This document shows, one piece after another, positions 21,794-36,700 of a DNA stretch of 64,000 bases. The stretch's first letter is position 1. Every line of letters begins with the position of its first letter. The notes under the pieces were generated by a model that had not been told where the DNA came from, searched no databases, and saw nothing but the letters and a program-made list of their open reading frames with translations. A program made the translations under genes and the position numbers. Where the stretch lies: the NCBI GenBank assembly GCA_040954595.2, contig CM082578.2, positions 15,360,998 through 15,424,997 of the forward strand, given 5' to 3'. The DNA is from Balanoglossus misakiensis. Taxonomy: Eukaryota; Animalia; Hemichordata.

Positions 21794-24700
21794 TTACTGA
21801 AGGCTTTGTGTGATTTTCAAGGCTTGTTTGTAAACGTCCAGGGCTTCCTCACGCTCCTGATCTTGCTTTCCCTTTTCCATGTCAACAAAGTCATCATCGA
21901 TGCATTCAACCTTGATGGTGATTTTGCTGCCACCACCACAGCTGAAGTCTGTCGCAATACAAGCATCTCTTGAGTTGACAGAGGTTTGGTAAGAGTAGCT
22001 AGTTGTGCTTGTGTGTTTCTCAACTGTGTGCTTGTCATGGCTATGTTTGTCTATTGAGTTTTGTTTGCTGTCATATTTGCTGTGATGTTTCAAAATGCCC
22101 TTCCTCCTGACAACAGTCTTGGTGCTTGTGCTAGAAGGAGTTGAACTTGAGCTTGTCTGCATGTACTTGTAACTTTGAGTGCCATGAGATGTGTTTCTGT
22201 ACTCTGTCTTTATGTGCTTTTTAAGAATTCCTTTTGGCTTCACTGCAGGGTCGCCAGACCGAGTGTTTCTGTCTGAATGATCAACAAGATCATCACCGCT
22301 GAAGTCTAAATCTCTCACACCTTGGTCCTCATCATCCACTTTCTCTGATGAGCTGGTGCTAATTTTTCGCTTCCTATCATCTTCCTTTTCATCACCTTTG
22401 TTCTCATGACATGAATCATCCATGACGCACCCGCTATCAGCTCCCTTGTATCGACTGTGCTTCTTGAGGATGCTTCGTTTTGGCTTGGCATTGATATTGA
22501 TGACTCTGATGAAATTGTCTTGCCTCTTTTTCAAGATTCCTGGTTTCATCAGCAGTGTCTCATCCTCATTCTCCCCACAGGAGTCAACAGGACTGATTAA
22601 TACATTGTCACTTGCATTTTTCAGTATTCCCTTCCGTCTTGGCTCTGGGGAAGGAGTGAACGACCTCTTGAATCTCTCTATGGTATACCCCTCCACAATG
22701 TCACTGTCACTGAAACTCTCATCTGATGAGAGTGAGACACTGTGCATCTTCTGTAGGATCCTCTGCATCATAGGGGATCTCCTTGGAGACGGACCTTGGT
22801 TGCCTAGCAAACAGTCGCATCCTTCGTTTGTCCACCAATGAGAGCAAATCTCTTCTATCGTGGCTCTCTTTTTGGGATTTACAGTCAACATCTTTCGTAT
22901 GAGTTCACAAGCAGCTGAAAGTAGAAATCGGAAGACAAAAGTTATTACACATCGAGAAGGTTAAATGGCACATGTGAATAATGAAACACAGTTAGCAGAG
23001 ACCTCTCTTTCCTGAACCCCACACTTAAAACCCTAGATGACCCTTTGACCCAAAAAGATTGCAACACACTCACTTCTGTTGCAATTGCATGACAAGAAAG
23101 TACCCATCTGCTCAATGCCTGTCACCACAGACCAATCTACAACCATTTTAAGTAAATGCCGGCCCTGGTTCCTTAATATTGCACAGGCTTATTTATAGAA
23201 ATGCAACTCACAGATAACAGAAACATTTCAATTTGTATAGAGAACGGGCAATTAACATATGATGGATTGCAAATTGATTACTCTTTACTTTAGGCAGTTC
23301 TACTTGAAGTGATAAGTGATGTGGCTCTGCAGAAAAACAGTTACAGAATGTCTGTGCTTTGAGTTCAACTGATGGGTAAGAGTCAACACCCTAGCCAGAA
23401 CTGAACCACGGTACTTCTAAACAACCATCTAGGCTGTGGTATTGGACAGGAGCAATGGTGAACATAGCACCCCAGAAATCTCCCACACAAAATCACATCC
23501 ACCAACAAAATTCTCTCATAACATTGAACATCTTGCTGTGGGGAACTGTTTGGGGAAATCTTTATGGATATGCAGAGAACTATTAAAAGCAGCAAAATAA
23601 GTTTGTTTTGATTTTATTGTTCATCAGTCCTTGCCAGATACTTCTATATACCACAGAATCAAACTGTTACTGACTCTGTGCTCTATTTTGGGAAGCCCAG
23701 AATGTTCACAACACTTAACTGAAAATTCATGGCTGGAAAGTGTGTGGTATGCATGCAATCACTGTGGAGACTGAAGACAGATGAACAACAGAAGGTCAGC
23801 TCTCACACAAACACTGACAAGGTTTCTTTTAACATTGTGACCCAGTCATATTCTAAACAGAGGCATTCTTGTGTCCGCCTTCCCAAGAATCAAGAACCTC
23901 TGATAAAAGTCATCATTAAAATGTACACACATAATTTACATAATGTCATCTGTTGGCAAATGAAAGACCTTACCTGATGGAGTAGGTGGTTCATAGTAGT
24001 CAGCCTCAGAGATCTGTCTGGTCAGTTTACTGAAATCACTGTTATCAAATGGCATAGTTCTATACACCAAGGCATACAGGATAACACCTAGACTCCAACA
24101 ATCCACCTCTGGTCCATAGTAAGGCTGGCCATTGACTATTTCAGGCGATGCATAGAGTGGACTTCCGCAGTAGGTGTGCAGTAAACTGTCAAATGTGAAA
24201 CTACTTGACAAGCCAAAATCAGCTATCTGCACAAAGAAAATAGAAATAAATGGATTTGCACAATTAAAAAAAATATGTAGGGTGATACTGATGTCAGTCA
24301 CACAGCAATCTTCAGTGAAACAGCTGATGAAGATATCAATACATCGAAATAAATTTCAGAGTGTATTCTCTAAGCCAATTGACATAAAAATCATCACACA
24401 ACTTCTATGACAGAAGATGGAATTTCAAAATGCTAAAACAGTTAAATAAATGGCTGGTGGATTTTTATCTCTGTAAAAACAGAGTACATGTATATCCCAG
24501 CTGCCACATTTTTTTTTTTTTTTCAATTGACTGCTTCAAAAGATGTCTGAACAGAATTAGAAACCACATCATGTAGAGTCAATGTACGTCACACATTCAT
24601 GTTAACACACAACACACAGCTGCTCTGTAGTTTTGTTTTTACAAAGCGCAGTCACCATGTGATGTTTTGAAATGTACAGCAAACAAAAAACATTTGAAGG

Positions 24701-27700
24701 ACTATCGGCAGTATATCGGCACAACTGGCAAATACATGTTAGGAGTTTGATGTCCCAGTGCTAAAGTGGGTATATGACGATTGACATTTACACTTCTATT
24801 GTCGTCAATAACCTTCAGTTTGATAAAACTGACATTTCCCCACAAGTCCAAGGGCACTGCCAATCGTACAATAGAGTACGAAGTTTTGAACAACAATTAA
24901 AATACAAATCTATGAGTCATACAGGTATAAGGTCATCTGAGGACAAACTGAGAGGAGAATAGAGAGACAGACAGAGACACCCATTTGGAGTGTAAAGAGT
25001 TTGGTGAGACCAAATACCTGGCAAACAAGAGAAGAATGGTGCCTCTCATAAACCCAATTAGAACACTTTTATAAGAGGCCACCACAAGAGTACAGAGAGG
25101 TCAAATCAGACAACAGCCATTGTCAGAAAAATTCTGCACATATCGACCACAGTATTGTGGATTTTGCCAGACAGACGTCAGAATTACCATGCTTACTGGG
25201 CCACCACTGTCACATTTCCACGACCAATAGTTGAAATTTGCTGTTTGTTTTCTGTGGATCTCTCTGCTTCTTTCATCAAGACAAGATAATTACCGCTCTT
25301 TTTTTTTTAGGTCAAATTTTGGTCAACCAAGTGGCAATTATAACAGGTCAGACAGAGTTAAACCAACTTGTGTACCGGTAGATGATAAAAAGTACATGAA
25401 CCTCCCTTTAACTCAGAGATTACGCTACATTCCAACAAGTAAGAGTGGATGATTTGAGCTTAATAATGAACTTAAAGAAGCTGTTTAGTTCAAAATTGGC
25501 CTGTTATCTTTCAGGGTACAGACCCTTCCATGTGAACTTACTCGACCTCAATTCAAGTATTTGGCACACAGCCATGCACACTTAAAATCATGTAGCTACC
25601 ATACATATAGCCACTTTGGAATCATGAATTCTATGACTGCACACTGGGAGCATGTAACCTCTCCCAATGCAAATTAGAATGGAATGAAGAAGGAATTCTT
25701 ACCTTTATGTTGTAATCTTCATCAAGCAAGATATTCTCCAGCTTCAAATCTCTGTGTACTATGTTATTCTGAAACACAGTAAACGGCAACATTTCAACAT
25801 TCATGCATGTAAAATGCAATGCCAATGAACTTGAACAGCGAAAGTAACTGCCACTCAAAGTCATTCCAAAAGTCCATGACTTTCCAAGCATTTTTCAAGG
25901 ATTTACCAGGCGTTTTTGTGGCCAAAAGCGCCACTTAATTCATGGCTATCAACATCTGATGATAGAATACATACAAGTGGCTGATTTAATTTCCCATGAC
26001 TTTCCTTGGAGACCCAAGTACTTTCGAGGAGTGGCTTCAAATTCCAGAACTTCCAGAAAGTTACAAACCATGAAATTCTATAATGTGATCATTCAATTTC
26101 ATGACATGCCAGAATTATGGCACAAGTTCATGTTTGTCTGTCTTGTGTTTTGTAGACTATGGCATTTAGAAAGATTCCTGGTAAAGCCACTGTAATCAGT
26201 GTGGGATGTTTGCGATAAATACAGTCTCCGCTCACTTTCTGATATTACCACAAAAGTATTCATGACTTATTAAAAGGAAAATGGTGACAGGGTTGAGGCA
26301 GGAGGGACCAATGCAAACACCACAACACCCAGACAACTAACCTTATGGCAGTAATAGATGGCAGACGCAATTTGACGAAAGAATCTCCGACACTCAGATT
26401 CTGGAAGTCTCTTGACTGTGTTGAGGTAATCGTAAAGTTCCCCACCACTGGCATACTCCATCACTATGACGATCTTGTTGCTACTTTCGAATACTGAAAT
26501 GAAGCAGAGTTATAAAAAAGCTAAGAAAATTTCTCCTGCAAATTTCCCTATTTTTTATATGAATACAGTCAATCACCCAATGAAGATATATTGTGTTTGT
26601 CCTGACAACTGAAGAGACCACACACATGAACACCTGGCCAAGTGGTCTCCCTTGCCAATAGATGGCCATCCATCTTATACACAAGAACCAATTAAGACTG
26701 TATATTGCTCACTAAATCAAGTGACCAAATTGTGTCCCCTGGTACAGATTACTAAGCTGGGCTGGCAAGCCAACTAGAAATATTAATTTGAAGTGTTCAC
26801 AACTTTTGTACACATATTACATTTTTGAATCAGAAATATTTGCAATGACAATTTCAGAATGTTTGGTAGCAGCGTTTTCTTGGAATTGCTTGATAACTGT
26901 GTTCTTGTAAATTCCAACTTTTGATCAGTTTGTAGGTGTTTGCCTTTGTCAGAGTGGCGGGGCACAGTTACATATAAGAGGCAGTAAAACACCAACATCA
27001 ATAGACCAACTTGTCACCTCGACTCAGCTCATAAACTGCTAAACCTAAAACAGATAGCGCGGTAATGCTTTCCACATCATAAATACTTTGGAATTCGCAA
27101 GAAATTGGCACGTCTTGCAAGTACAAGTAGCCCGCATTCTAAAAGCCAAAAGGTTGATGTGAGAAGTCAGTGTGTTTTACAGTAAGGGTTGTGATACCAG
27201 ACAAAAGGGCATTTAACCTAAATCTGAGACCATGCATGCCCTGCCACCGAAACCCTTTTCAACCTTTTAGCCAATCCAGCTCCTAATAAATGTTTCCCAA
27301 CCAAATGATACATGACCAAATGCAAAATCTTTGCATGTAGACTTTGATACACATGTACTTGTATAGAAATTGCACAAACTTTGTATTCTGCTAAACAAAT
27401 GACCAAATTTTATTCTTTTTGCAAAATTAGTCTATGCACTTAAATACTGAATTTATAGTGCGAGACTGAACTTGTAAATTGTTTATACTAAGCCAACCAC
27501 CTGCATGTCAGCCTATTAATTAATCCATGTGGTGTATGCACATGGAGTCCAGGTGGGGTGACAATAACCCTGAGCTTCAGTTATTATGGTGGTTAGTTGT
27601 CATGAAGGGCACAGTGACCTTTGTTTCAACCCTGCACTCTCTGACCCTGGATCTTTTGGGAGAATTCACACCACCCACCCAGTAAATTCCTCAAGTGGAA

Positions 27701-30700
27701 ATCTGTCAGTGATGTATATAAATCCCTTGACCCTTGACACCAGTTGCAAAAAAGTCAAATCAAGGCAGTTCTTGAGGACCAAATATGTTTAGCTTTCTGT
27801 TTCACCAGGCAAGCCCCTTGATTTGAGTATTCCAAGCAATATCATTGCATCTTTATGCAGACAACAATTAACGTTTTATTCTGACTCAAGACAGGCACAT
27901 AAATACCATTCCACACATTATCTGATGTCCAGGCATGCCTTCACATTAAAATTAAATAATATTATGCATCCACCGCGTACAGTGGTGTTAAATGCACACT
28001 TAACAATGCCGAAAAGTCTCCAAAATTTTGTAAACTGGCTACTTTAAGACACAATTTAGTCTCAAATGGGGCACAAGAAAACTTTATGGCCGTTTTCCAC
28101 TTCATTGAATAACTGGTATGCAAAAGTGAGGGCAGCCGCAAAAGATCTGCAGAGTATGTCGGTCTAATAAATCTGTTAGAAGCTGCAAGCACCAAGTGAT
28201 AGCGATAAATCCAGTGCAGGTTTGTTACCCAACTGTACCAAGGTGCCATACTTTCTTGCTGCCCTACGTACTTGTTGTGATACAAGTGTTTGTCATGATT
28301 TACAATTGAACACATCTATCAAATTGACTGCAGTGTCCTGGTTAATTATCTCTAAGCCAATCGCACTCAGTGGTTTTTCCCAAACTTATAAACATGACCA
28401 CAAATAGGCCAACCAGTCTTCCATTTTTAAAATAAGGGTAGCTTTATACAGAAATTTCACCAAACACTTTTCCTCAGATACTATGCCTGCTTAGAGACAT
28501 TTGGTCACTTATGTGGTTATACAGATTCAATGATGGTAATTACTGTTCCTAATTACACACATAGAGTGCAAAATCTTACAACTCGTGCAACTCGCTTTAT
28601 TCTGAATAATTTGTGGTTAAAAATAGCCTTGATGTTTACAGAAACTTTATGAGTACATGGGATTAGTTTCAGTCAGACATGCAGTTTAGGAAAACAGCTC
28701 GTGAGGAATTGCTAGTCTCTTGAATTTGACCTCACTTTACCACTTTTTGAGTGGTTATATTAAGTGTCTGATTTCCAGTATCTGCCCAATAAAATAGCAA
28801 TAAATTCTCACATTTTATTGATATCACCTTGCATGCAAACTTGTTTATAAAAATAATCAAGAAACAATAAAAACTTGTTAATATCACTTTAAATTCTAGA
28901 ATTCGTATTCCCCTGACAGAAAGGATCTATACCTATTGGCAAAACTAAAATGGATTTAAATCTGTGTGGTTTCTTCCACTGCAGACTTGTGTGTACATAC
29001 TAGTTTCCACAGTTGGTTAAAGTTCACAAATGACATTTATTTTTTTCTGTTATCTTTGTGAAGGAGAAATGATGATTGGGAAACGAAAGGGCAAGTACGC
29101 ACCACTTCTGTTTTATTTTTGTTTTTGGCTCGAGTGTTTTATCTTAAAGTTGATTGGCAATCACATGAATATCCATCAGTATTCCTCATCAGAATAATAA
29201 TGGGAAAAGGTGCAGGATTTGTGATTGGCATCTCCAATACATTCTGTGTTTTCTTAGTTCTGAGTTGACCACTACCACATGTTGAGGGGAGGCAGTTTAT
29301 ATGCCCACTGTAATTTCAGAGCATCTGTAGACTGTTTTTACAATGAGCATTGATATCTATTACTATACTGAATTGTCAATAAGATGACATGTTCTGAAAA
29401 TGCATTCAAGCCGGTATTATTGACAATAATGACAATAGGCAAATCAAGTTTCATTGCAACTGTGACCACACCCTGTCTAGTCTGGTATTTCAATACATTC
29501 AATGACATTTGCATTTCTGTTATTACAGGTTTTCTGACAACACCAGAACAGTTTAGCTCCAATATTCCCTATACATTGTCTTGATTGATTGGCATTTTTG
29601 TCTTGTATTACAAAAAGTCCCCCTTGTCTTCAAGAATGTTAATATCATCAGACACAAGAGGTCTTCAGGCTATGGAACTCAATCTTCCAGGGTGTCTGAA
29701 TTTGAGAAGACAGTAAGGATTTGGATTAAAGCAGCTACCAGGAGTTAGTAAACCTTCAATGGTTCTTAATACAATTAGTCTTAAATTGGTTTCATCTGTC
29801 ACTTGTCCTTGCTGGTACATGGTTGACATGATTGGAAGAAATCAATACCATCCACAATTTGAATTCAATGACCATGAAATCGGTTTGAAAACATGGCTTC
29901 AATAAGAAGTGAGTGCTGTAAGAACAAAATCACACAGTGAAAGCTTTATTTTACAACTGTAGAAGTCATAAAAAGAAAATAAACATGACATTTTGAGTTC
30001 ACAACAAGGCCAACATACTGTATTATTAGCTTGAGAGCTCAAGGTTTTGGCCAAGGTTCGCTTTTCAGGGAATAAAATGGAGAAAGAAAGCAAGCCCACA
30101 CTAAATTCCATTGTCAATTAAGATCACTGCAACATAATGCACATGAATGGGATTAAATTGGGTGTATTATCTCAACAGACCAAAACTTCCCACTACACAA
30201 CTTCAGAATAGCAACTCCCACCCAAATCGTCTGTTTCATCACTCATAGCCCCCTGCCCACCCATACCCGAATACACTGGTGGCATTCTTGTGGGTGGAGT
30301 GCTTCTGGGTTGCTTTTAATTTTAGGAGAAATCATTTAAATAGATACTAGTGTTTGATTATACACAGGTAACCAACACAAAGATATGACAAATTCTGACT
30401 AAGAGATAGCTGTTATTTAGCATATCCTTTGGAATTCAGCCTAACAGGAGTCCTTTTGTAGAATTTCGTATCTGGTATTTTAAATAAGGAAAGTTAAACC
30501 ATTGACTATCTCCAGATGACAACAATACAAGGGTGTAACTATTTCAGTTTCCATTCAGACAGAAATTGTGTCAAGCCACAAAAATGCGTACACTTAAGTT
30601 GTTTTATTGAGAATTCTTTCGCAGCCCCCGTCTTTGAGGTTTCTTTTATTGATTCATTTTGTCAAAGCGGGGGATGACAAATACGACAAGGGTGTCAAAA

Positions 30701-33700
30701 ACGGCTCAGGTGTTCGGTATAAATACCTTGCAACAATGACCAGTGGTATGCCTATATAAGAATATACTGTCTGGTTCTCTGCAAATACATGCTCTCAGAT
30801 TCTTTTACTACAAACATGCAAATATCTTTAGAACATGTTACAGACAGTGTACCGTTTCAATAAAAACATTTCTGATCACAATGAAAGCTATTATTGTCTC
30901 ATACATGTCACCGAAACAAAAATGGCTGCCAGACATTGCTATGTAACTCTGAAATATTTGAATTATTGGTGTTGTGTTGAACACCTGTATTATTCAAAAT
31001 CGTGCTCATATATCAATTGTTCTCTAGTATAAAAGTATTAAATCTATGCACATACATGTTAACTGTCACTCCATAATTTCTGCAGAATCTCAGAGCTTTA
31101 ACCATATAACACAAGTTTAATTGGATCTTGCAATATACCTGTCCATTAATTTCTGTTTTTGCAAGAAGAGATTTATCCAATACATTTCGGGTTTTGTTTA
31201 TTGCCTTGTTTTTCCCTCTATGTTGATAACAACTATATGGCTGCCAGGCAATACTGCAGTTCAAACCAATTTTAAAGCAAATAGTGCATATATTACAAGT
31301 GTTTTGCATGATATATAAATTGACTTTAATCCTCCTCATCAATTTTGTTCACCTACGCAATCCCGACCTTGTACTCTAATCAGACTATCCATAAACAACT
31401 TTGTTGTTAATTATGATGTATGTTGAGGGACTGTTATTTACACTTTCTACGAAGACAGAGTTCAGTTACCTATTCATGTATAAACAAGTGCAAAGTAGAG
31501 TTTGAGTGGCTCCCCTTTGCACCCACAAATCTTTGAACTAAAGTGTTAGAAGTTCAAAAAAACTTTGACATTGACAGAATAACTTGCTCATATTTAAAAT
31601 TCTCTGTATCTTGTGAAAAAGTCCTAAAAATCGCGAATTTTTCTAGTAAGTTACTTTGATGCCAAACTGAACGACAATGTTGTTTTTACTGTCACTGTGG
31701 AATGCAGCTGGTACAATACAAACCCCAATTGCTCTTTGTCATTTCCGCAAGACAGCAAATATCCTTTTACATCCAAGCTTTCCCTTTTGTTGAGGGCTAC
31801 ATGCTTATTTGCACATGCTCTATCCCTGGAGCAAACATACACCCAAGCGATTGTTGCACTATTCCAAATATTTTCGTCAATTACAACATTTTGGCAATTG
31901 GTATCCCTTGATGTCAATGCCCTGCTGTTCACAATGGCAGTCGCTCACACAGGCCCTGAGCCCAAAGCATCACAACAGAATGCACTTCCCACCCCACCCC
32001 TTAACTGTGCTTGTGTTTATGATCACTTTTCAAATTGCTAAATATTTTCCAACAAAAAAGAAACAATAACATGAATGTTATTGGTCTTTTCCAATCATCT
32101 GATGGGATAATCTCATGACATGAAATGTCACATTACGCAGAACTATGATGTGAGCTTTTTGTTGTCACTTTTGTATGTAGAATGATGTTTCCCCTTTCAT
32201 CATTACAAATCCATGCATCAAGTTATTCAAGACAGGTGGAAGGAAGTGGTACTCAGAGCAATAATTGGACGGTGGAAGAAAAAAGCCACAATGGTTTTCA
32301 CTGGTGGTCCCAGACTTGAAAACGGAAACTGTTGTGCAAGTCGGTGGGTTTACAAACTAAATTTAGACATCATCACATGTCGTATGGTATAAACAGGAAA
32401 AAGTAGACTCTCACACGCATCTGCGTAATATGGCAGATTGATTTCAGCAGACACGCAAGAGGTGACGCAGGTGCGCGTTTTGTGTAAACTCTGCTGAAGA
32501 GAAATGTTTAGGAATCTGGGTGCAGAACGGGATAAATAATTCTATTTTCCATCGCATATATTTTCTTCAAATACCATTTACACAAACAAACACAGCACTT
32601 GTAATGATTAACATTGTCAAGTTGATTTTTAACATGACCACTAATGATGAAAAACAGTCTTAATTTACAACATGAAAAATAAATACAATCCTAAAATAAA
32701 TTAATGTTGGCAAAATGTTACCAAGGAGATGGCTGATCTTTTTAAAATCATTTTGATAATTGTTATTGCTAGCATGTCATCCTTGCCCTGGGAATGGTTA
32801 CATCAAGACCTAGCTGCCCCACTCTTGGCTTTTCGATCCAGGATTCACTGCTCATATGCATACATAGTGGACACTAAATCTGCCTGAAATTGATTACAAA
32901 ACAACGTTACCCCTTTGCACATTCTTCAAAGTCACTGAAAGGGGCTTCTTCGGTTCAGCAAAATACACTCACAAAAGATAATTTCTTGCAGAAAAATAAA
33001 CAGACTGTGAATGCATCGGTGTGATAATGTGTCTCGGGTCATCACAAGTTGGATGTGTCGCATAGCTGCCTGATTTAAGTACTTGTTTTGGACAACTGCA
33101 CAGTAACAGGACTAAAGAGCTGTCAAACTCGCCGATAAAGAAACTTGTGAAATACAATCTTGGCTGTGTAAGGTTTATCACCATCACCATAAGTTAACAG
33201 TTACAGAAGCTGATGGCAATGGAACTTTTCCACTCAACATAGTTTACCTGTGAACTTTCTCACACACCCATGGCTCCTTGTCAGGGCGGGGTTCATCTCC
33301 AAATTTCTTGAAATGATGAATTCTTACCATTTATAAAAAACATTCTACATCAAGTCTGAGATTTCTGGGTTGTTTGGGTATTTTGACACACTAGGAATTT
33401 TCTCTCTCTTACTTTTTTCCACTTTTTTGCTGATACAGACTTCTTGTGTAGTTTCATTGTGAGTGAAGGATACAGAAAATTGGATTTTCTACTGGGGTTT
33501 CATTTTAATGGCAGAGAAAATACCAGTAATCCAGAAGCAAAAAAAAAAAACACTGTACCATTCATTCTAAGTTTCCCGGATTGGGTTTCACTAAAATGGA
33601 CTGGTTGTACTTCTGTGTGGTCGTCTGCTTTTCTTTTGGACAAAAAAGGTGAACTTTTTATTTCAAGAAATTCTTCACAAACTGCAGGTGCTACTGTATC

Positions 33701-36700
33701 AATTCAAATACTCTATATTTTACATATTACAATACTCAGTATTTTTAGTCAACCATGTTGATAGAAAGCTTTAGGACAGTTTTACTGGTGATTTTATCAA
33801 ATTAAATGCTTTACAACCCCCACTAGAATCCTGCAGACAAAACACTGGTTCAGGTGTAATCTTGGATTAGTCAAGGAACAGTTCAACATGAAGGTACAAC
33901 TTCAAGGTTAACTCAACTTTGACAATGTGGCATCAAATCAACCATGACTGGTAGAGCTCAAGGTTGTTTTGAACCTGAGATCTTGTATAGTTGTTTTAAT
34001 TATATATTGTTGACAACTTCTCCAAGGATACTGATTGGACATGAGAATTTACTGACTCTTTGTGTGTATTGGGAGCTAAAAATAAAAACATCGGGCATGC
34101 TCCTTATAAACTGTTGACTTTAGAGACATTTGCTATATTTGCTAGATGTGGTGATGTAGAGTGCAAACTGACAATTATGGCTGCATTAATTATTTGACCA
34201 AGCACAAATAGTGTACTGACAGTAACTTGTAAATTGGTAAACCTGCAGCAAACTTTATGCCAGGTTTACATTTACTGGAAACTCCATTGCCAATGCCACA
34301 GATCTCTTTCAGTTTCAAGGACTAGGAGTCAAGAGGAGTTTATTGGAGCAAAGTATCAACAAACAGCACAGAAACGTACAGATACTATGCCAATGTTACA
34401 CATACAGTGTACATGTATAAATGTAGTCTAGTATCTAGCTGCGTGTCGTTCGCTATGATTCCAATCAAAGCAGACAACTCACGGCTAGATACTAGACTAC
34501 ATGTATGAAGCAATGGTGGATGCCAGAGTGATATTGTCCCTTTCCAAAGGACAACATGATCTAATGCTACAAATACCCAAAATGATTTATTACATGTTGA
34601 ACACAATTACTGACGCGGGTGCGAGTTCAATGAGTGGGTTGAGAGCCACAAACATGGAATTTGGGGAAAACCCCTCAGGTGTACCTCATTTTACACAAAT
34701 TCTAAGAATTGTTTTTATCTTTTACAGAGGGTTTGCCACAATGTGACATGTAAATTGTGAAGGCACATTTTTGTAAGATAACATTATATTCTTTTAATAC
34801 CAAAATTACTGGTGGGGTTTTCCATTATAATGCGGAAATTAAAAAAAAATATCAAGAAAAGCTTTCGAAATGGACTAGATAAAGTATTTGGTGAGCACAT
34901 ATCCATCCAAATTTTTAGGCTAATTTAATGTCTGACTATATTGGACTTTTTCTAAAAGTGGACTTTTTCAATACTCAACTGTTAACAGGAGTTCAAGACT
35001 AGCGCTAACAAATAATTAAACTTCCTGTCTAATTTTCATCCACAGAAGACTAGCTTTCCAATAGATCCATGACTGCGGTGGTCAGAGGCACAACAGTATG
35101 ACTTACTCCCAAGGCAATCATTGGAATTCAATAAATAGACACTTTATCCCAAGGTAAATCAATGGAATGCAATTCTGAATGCATATACAGAGTATTTCCA
35201 TGGCAACACCCATCATCTGTTTCACATTTAACAACACGCATCCTTGACTGAAGTCTGTCGCAGTAAGATTGCTGAAAAAAGGATCACCGCACTCGGGCCA
35301 ATAGCCATTGTGAATCCCACAAACCTATAGTCTAGTATCGAGCAATATTTTGTTCGCTTTGCTTCCAACAGCGGATAAAATACAGCTAGGATACTAGACT
35401 AACAAAGCTATGACCAGACCAACGCAGTGATGACCAATGCAGTGAGGCCGCAAAACCCTGGAAAGTCACTTGATCCGCAGGATATGGCGGGAACATTGAT
35501 ACCCATGGAGAATCCGGAATCATGTAACTGGAAAAAGGAAACTCACCTTCCCGGATATTAATAATATGCGGATGCTCTAACGATGTCATTATTTTAATCT
35601 CTCTCCGGATTCTTTCCAGATCTTCAATATTCCCAATCTTCTTCTTCCGAATGGTTTTAATGGCCACCTGAAAGGATTAATAAGGTTTACCCAAAATTAA
35701 AAGAAACTCATTATTGTACATTTATGTAAAATACTGAACAAGTTTTGATTGTATGTACATGTATGTTTTAATAAAGGACAGAAATCAATTTATGTCCCTT
35801 TTTATTAAGTATGTACATGTATACTGTAAAACGGGAAATTTTCTCGCTATCAAAAGTTGCGCGACGATCTCGTATTTTTCTGCATCCTTATCTCCGAAAA
35901 ACATTTTTACGAGACGTAATTTTCGCATTTTTTTTGCTCTCACGTAGTTCGCGAACATTTCCCGTTTTACAGTACTTTAGCTTCATAAATCTTTTTTCTT
36001 TGGAACCTATACATTGTATATTAAATTAAACACCTATTTATGTAAAAGTAAAAAACTTATACTGCTGGGGACCTAACAGTATTGGCATCTTTGCATGAGT
36101 ATCAGAGTTGAGTAACAAACTTTGAGAACCAGTCTTGTAAGTTTTGAGATTTCACCAAAAAGAGTCAGACTAGGGTCAAAATGGGTGGCCTCAAGGATGA
36201 TGGTCAAATCATCATCTGCCCAGCAGGTGTCTCCAATTAGTAAAACAGTCCTTTTTTTGTACTGGCCCTGTTTCCTACCATATGTGTCTCCATGGGCCCA
36301 GACACCCTGTCTATGATGGTTTACACATGTAGTAAACATGGCCCTGTAATACAGCTGACAGCTTTTTTTTTGTTGGGGGGGGGGGGGGGGTGGTGAAACT
36401 ACCCTTTAGACAATGAATTCTTTGATGTAGAAGGGAAAGTAGAAAATAGAAAACAAATGTTCAGGCATAGAATAGAAAAACATAATTTTCATAATTAAAG
36501 GAAAGAAAAGAAATATTTTCATTTACTTTGTTTTTATAAACTAAAGCCCTCCTGAAATCTACTCACTATAATGCCTAGACTACCTTCAATTTTAGATGAA
36601 TTCAAAATCAAGGTAAGTGCTGGTTTAAAGAGAATTTTATGACTTCCTTAATTAATACACCAGGGTATATTTTGGTGCAATTAAATGACTCTCTCGCCCC

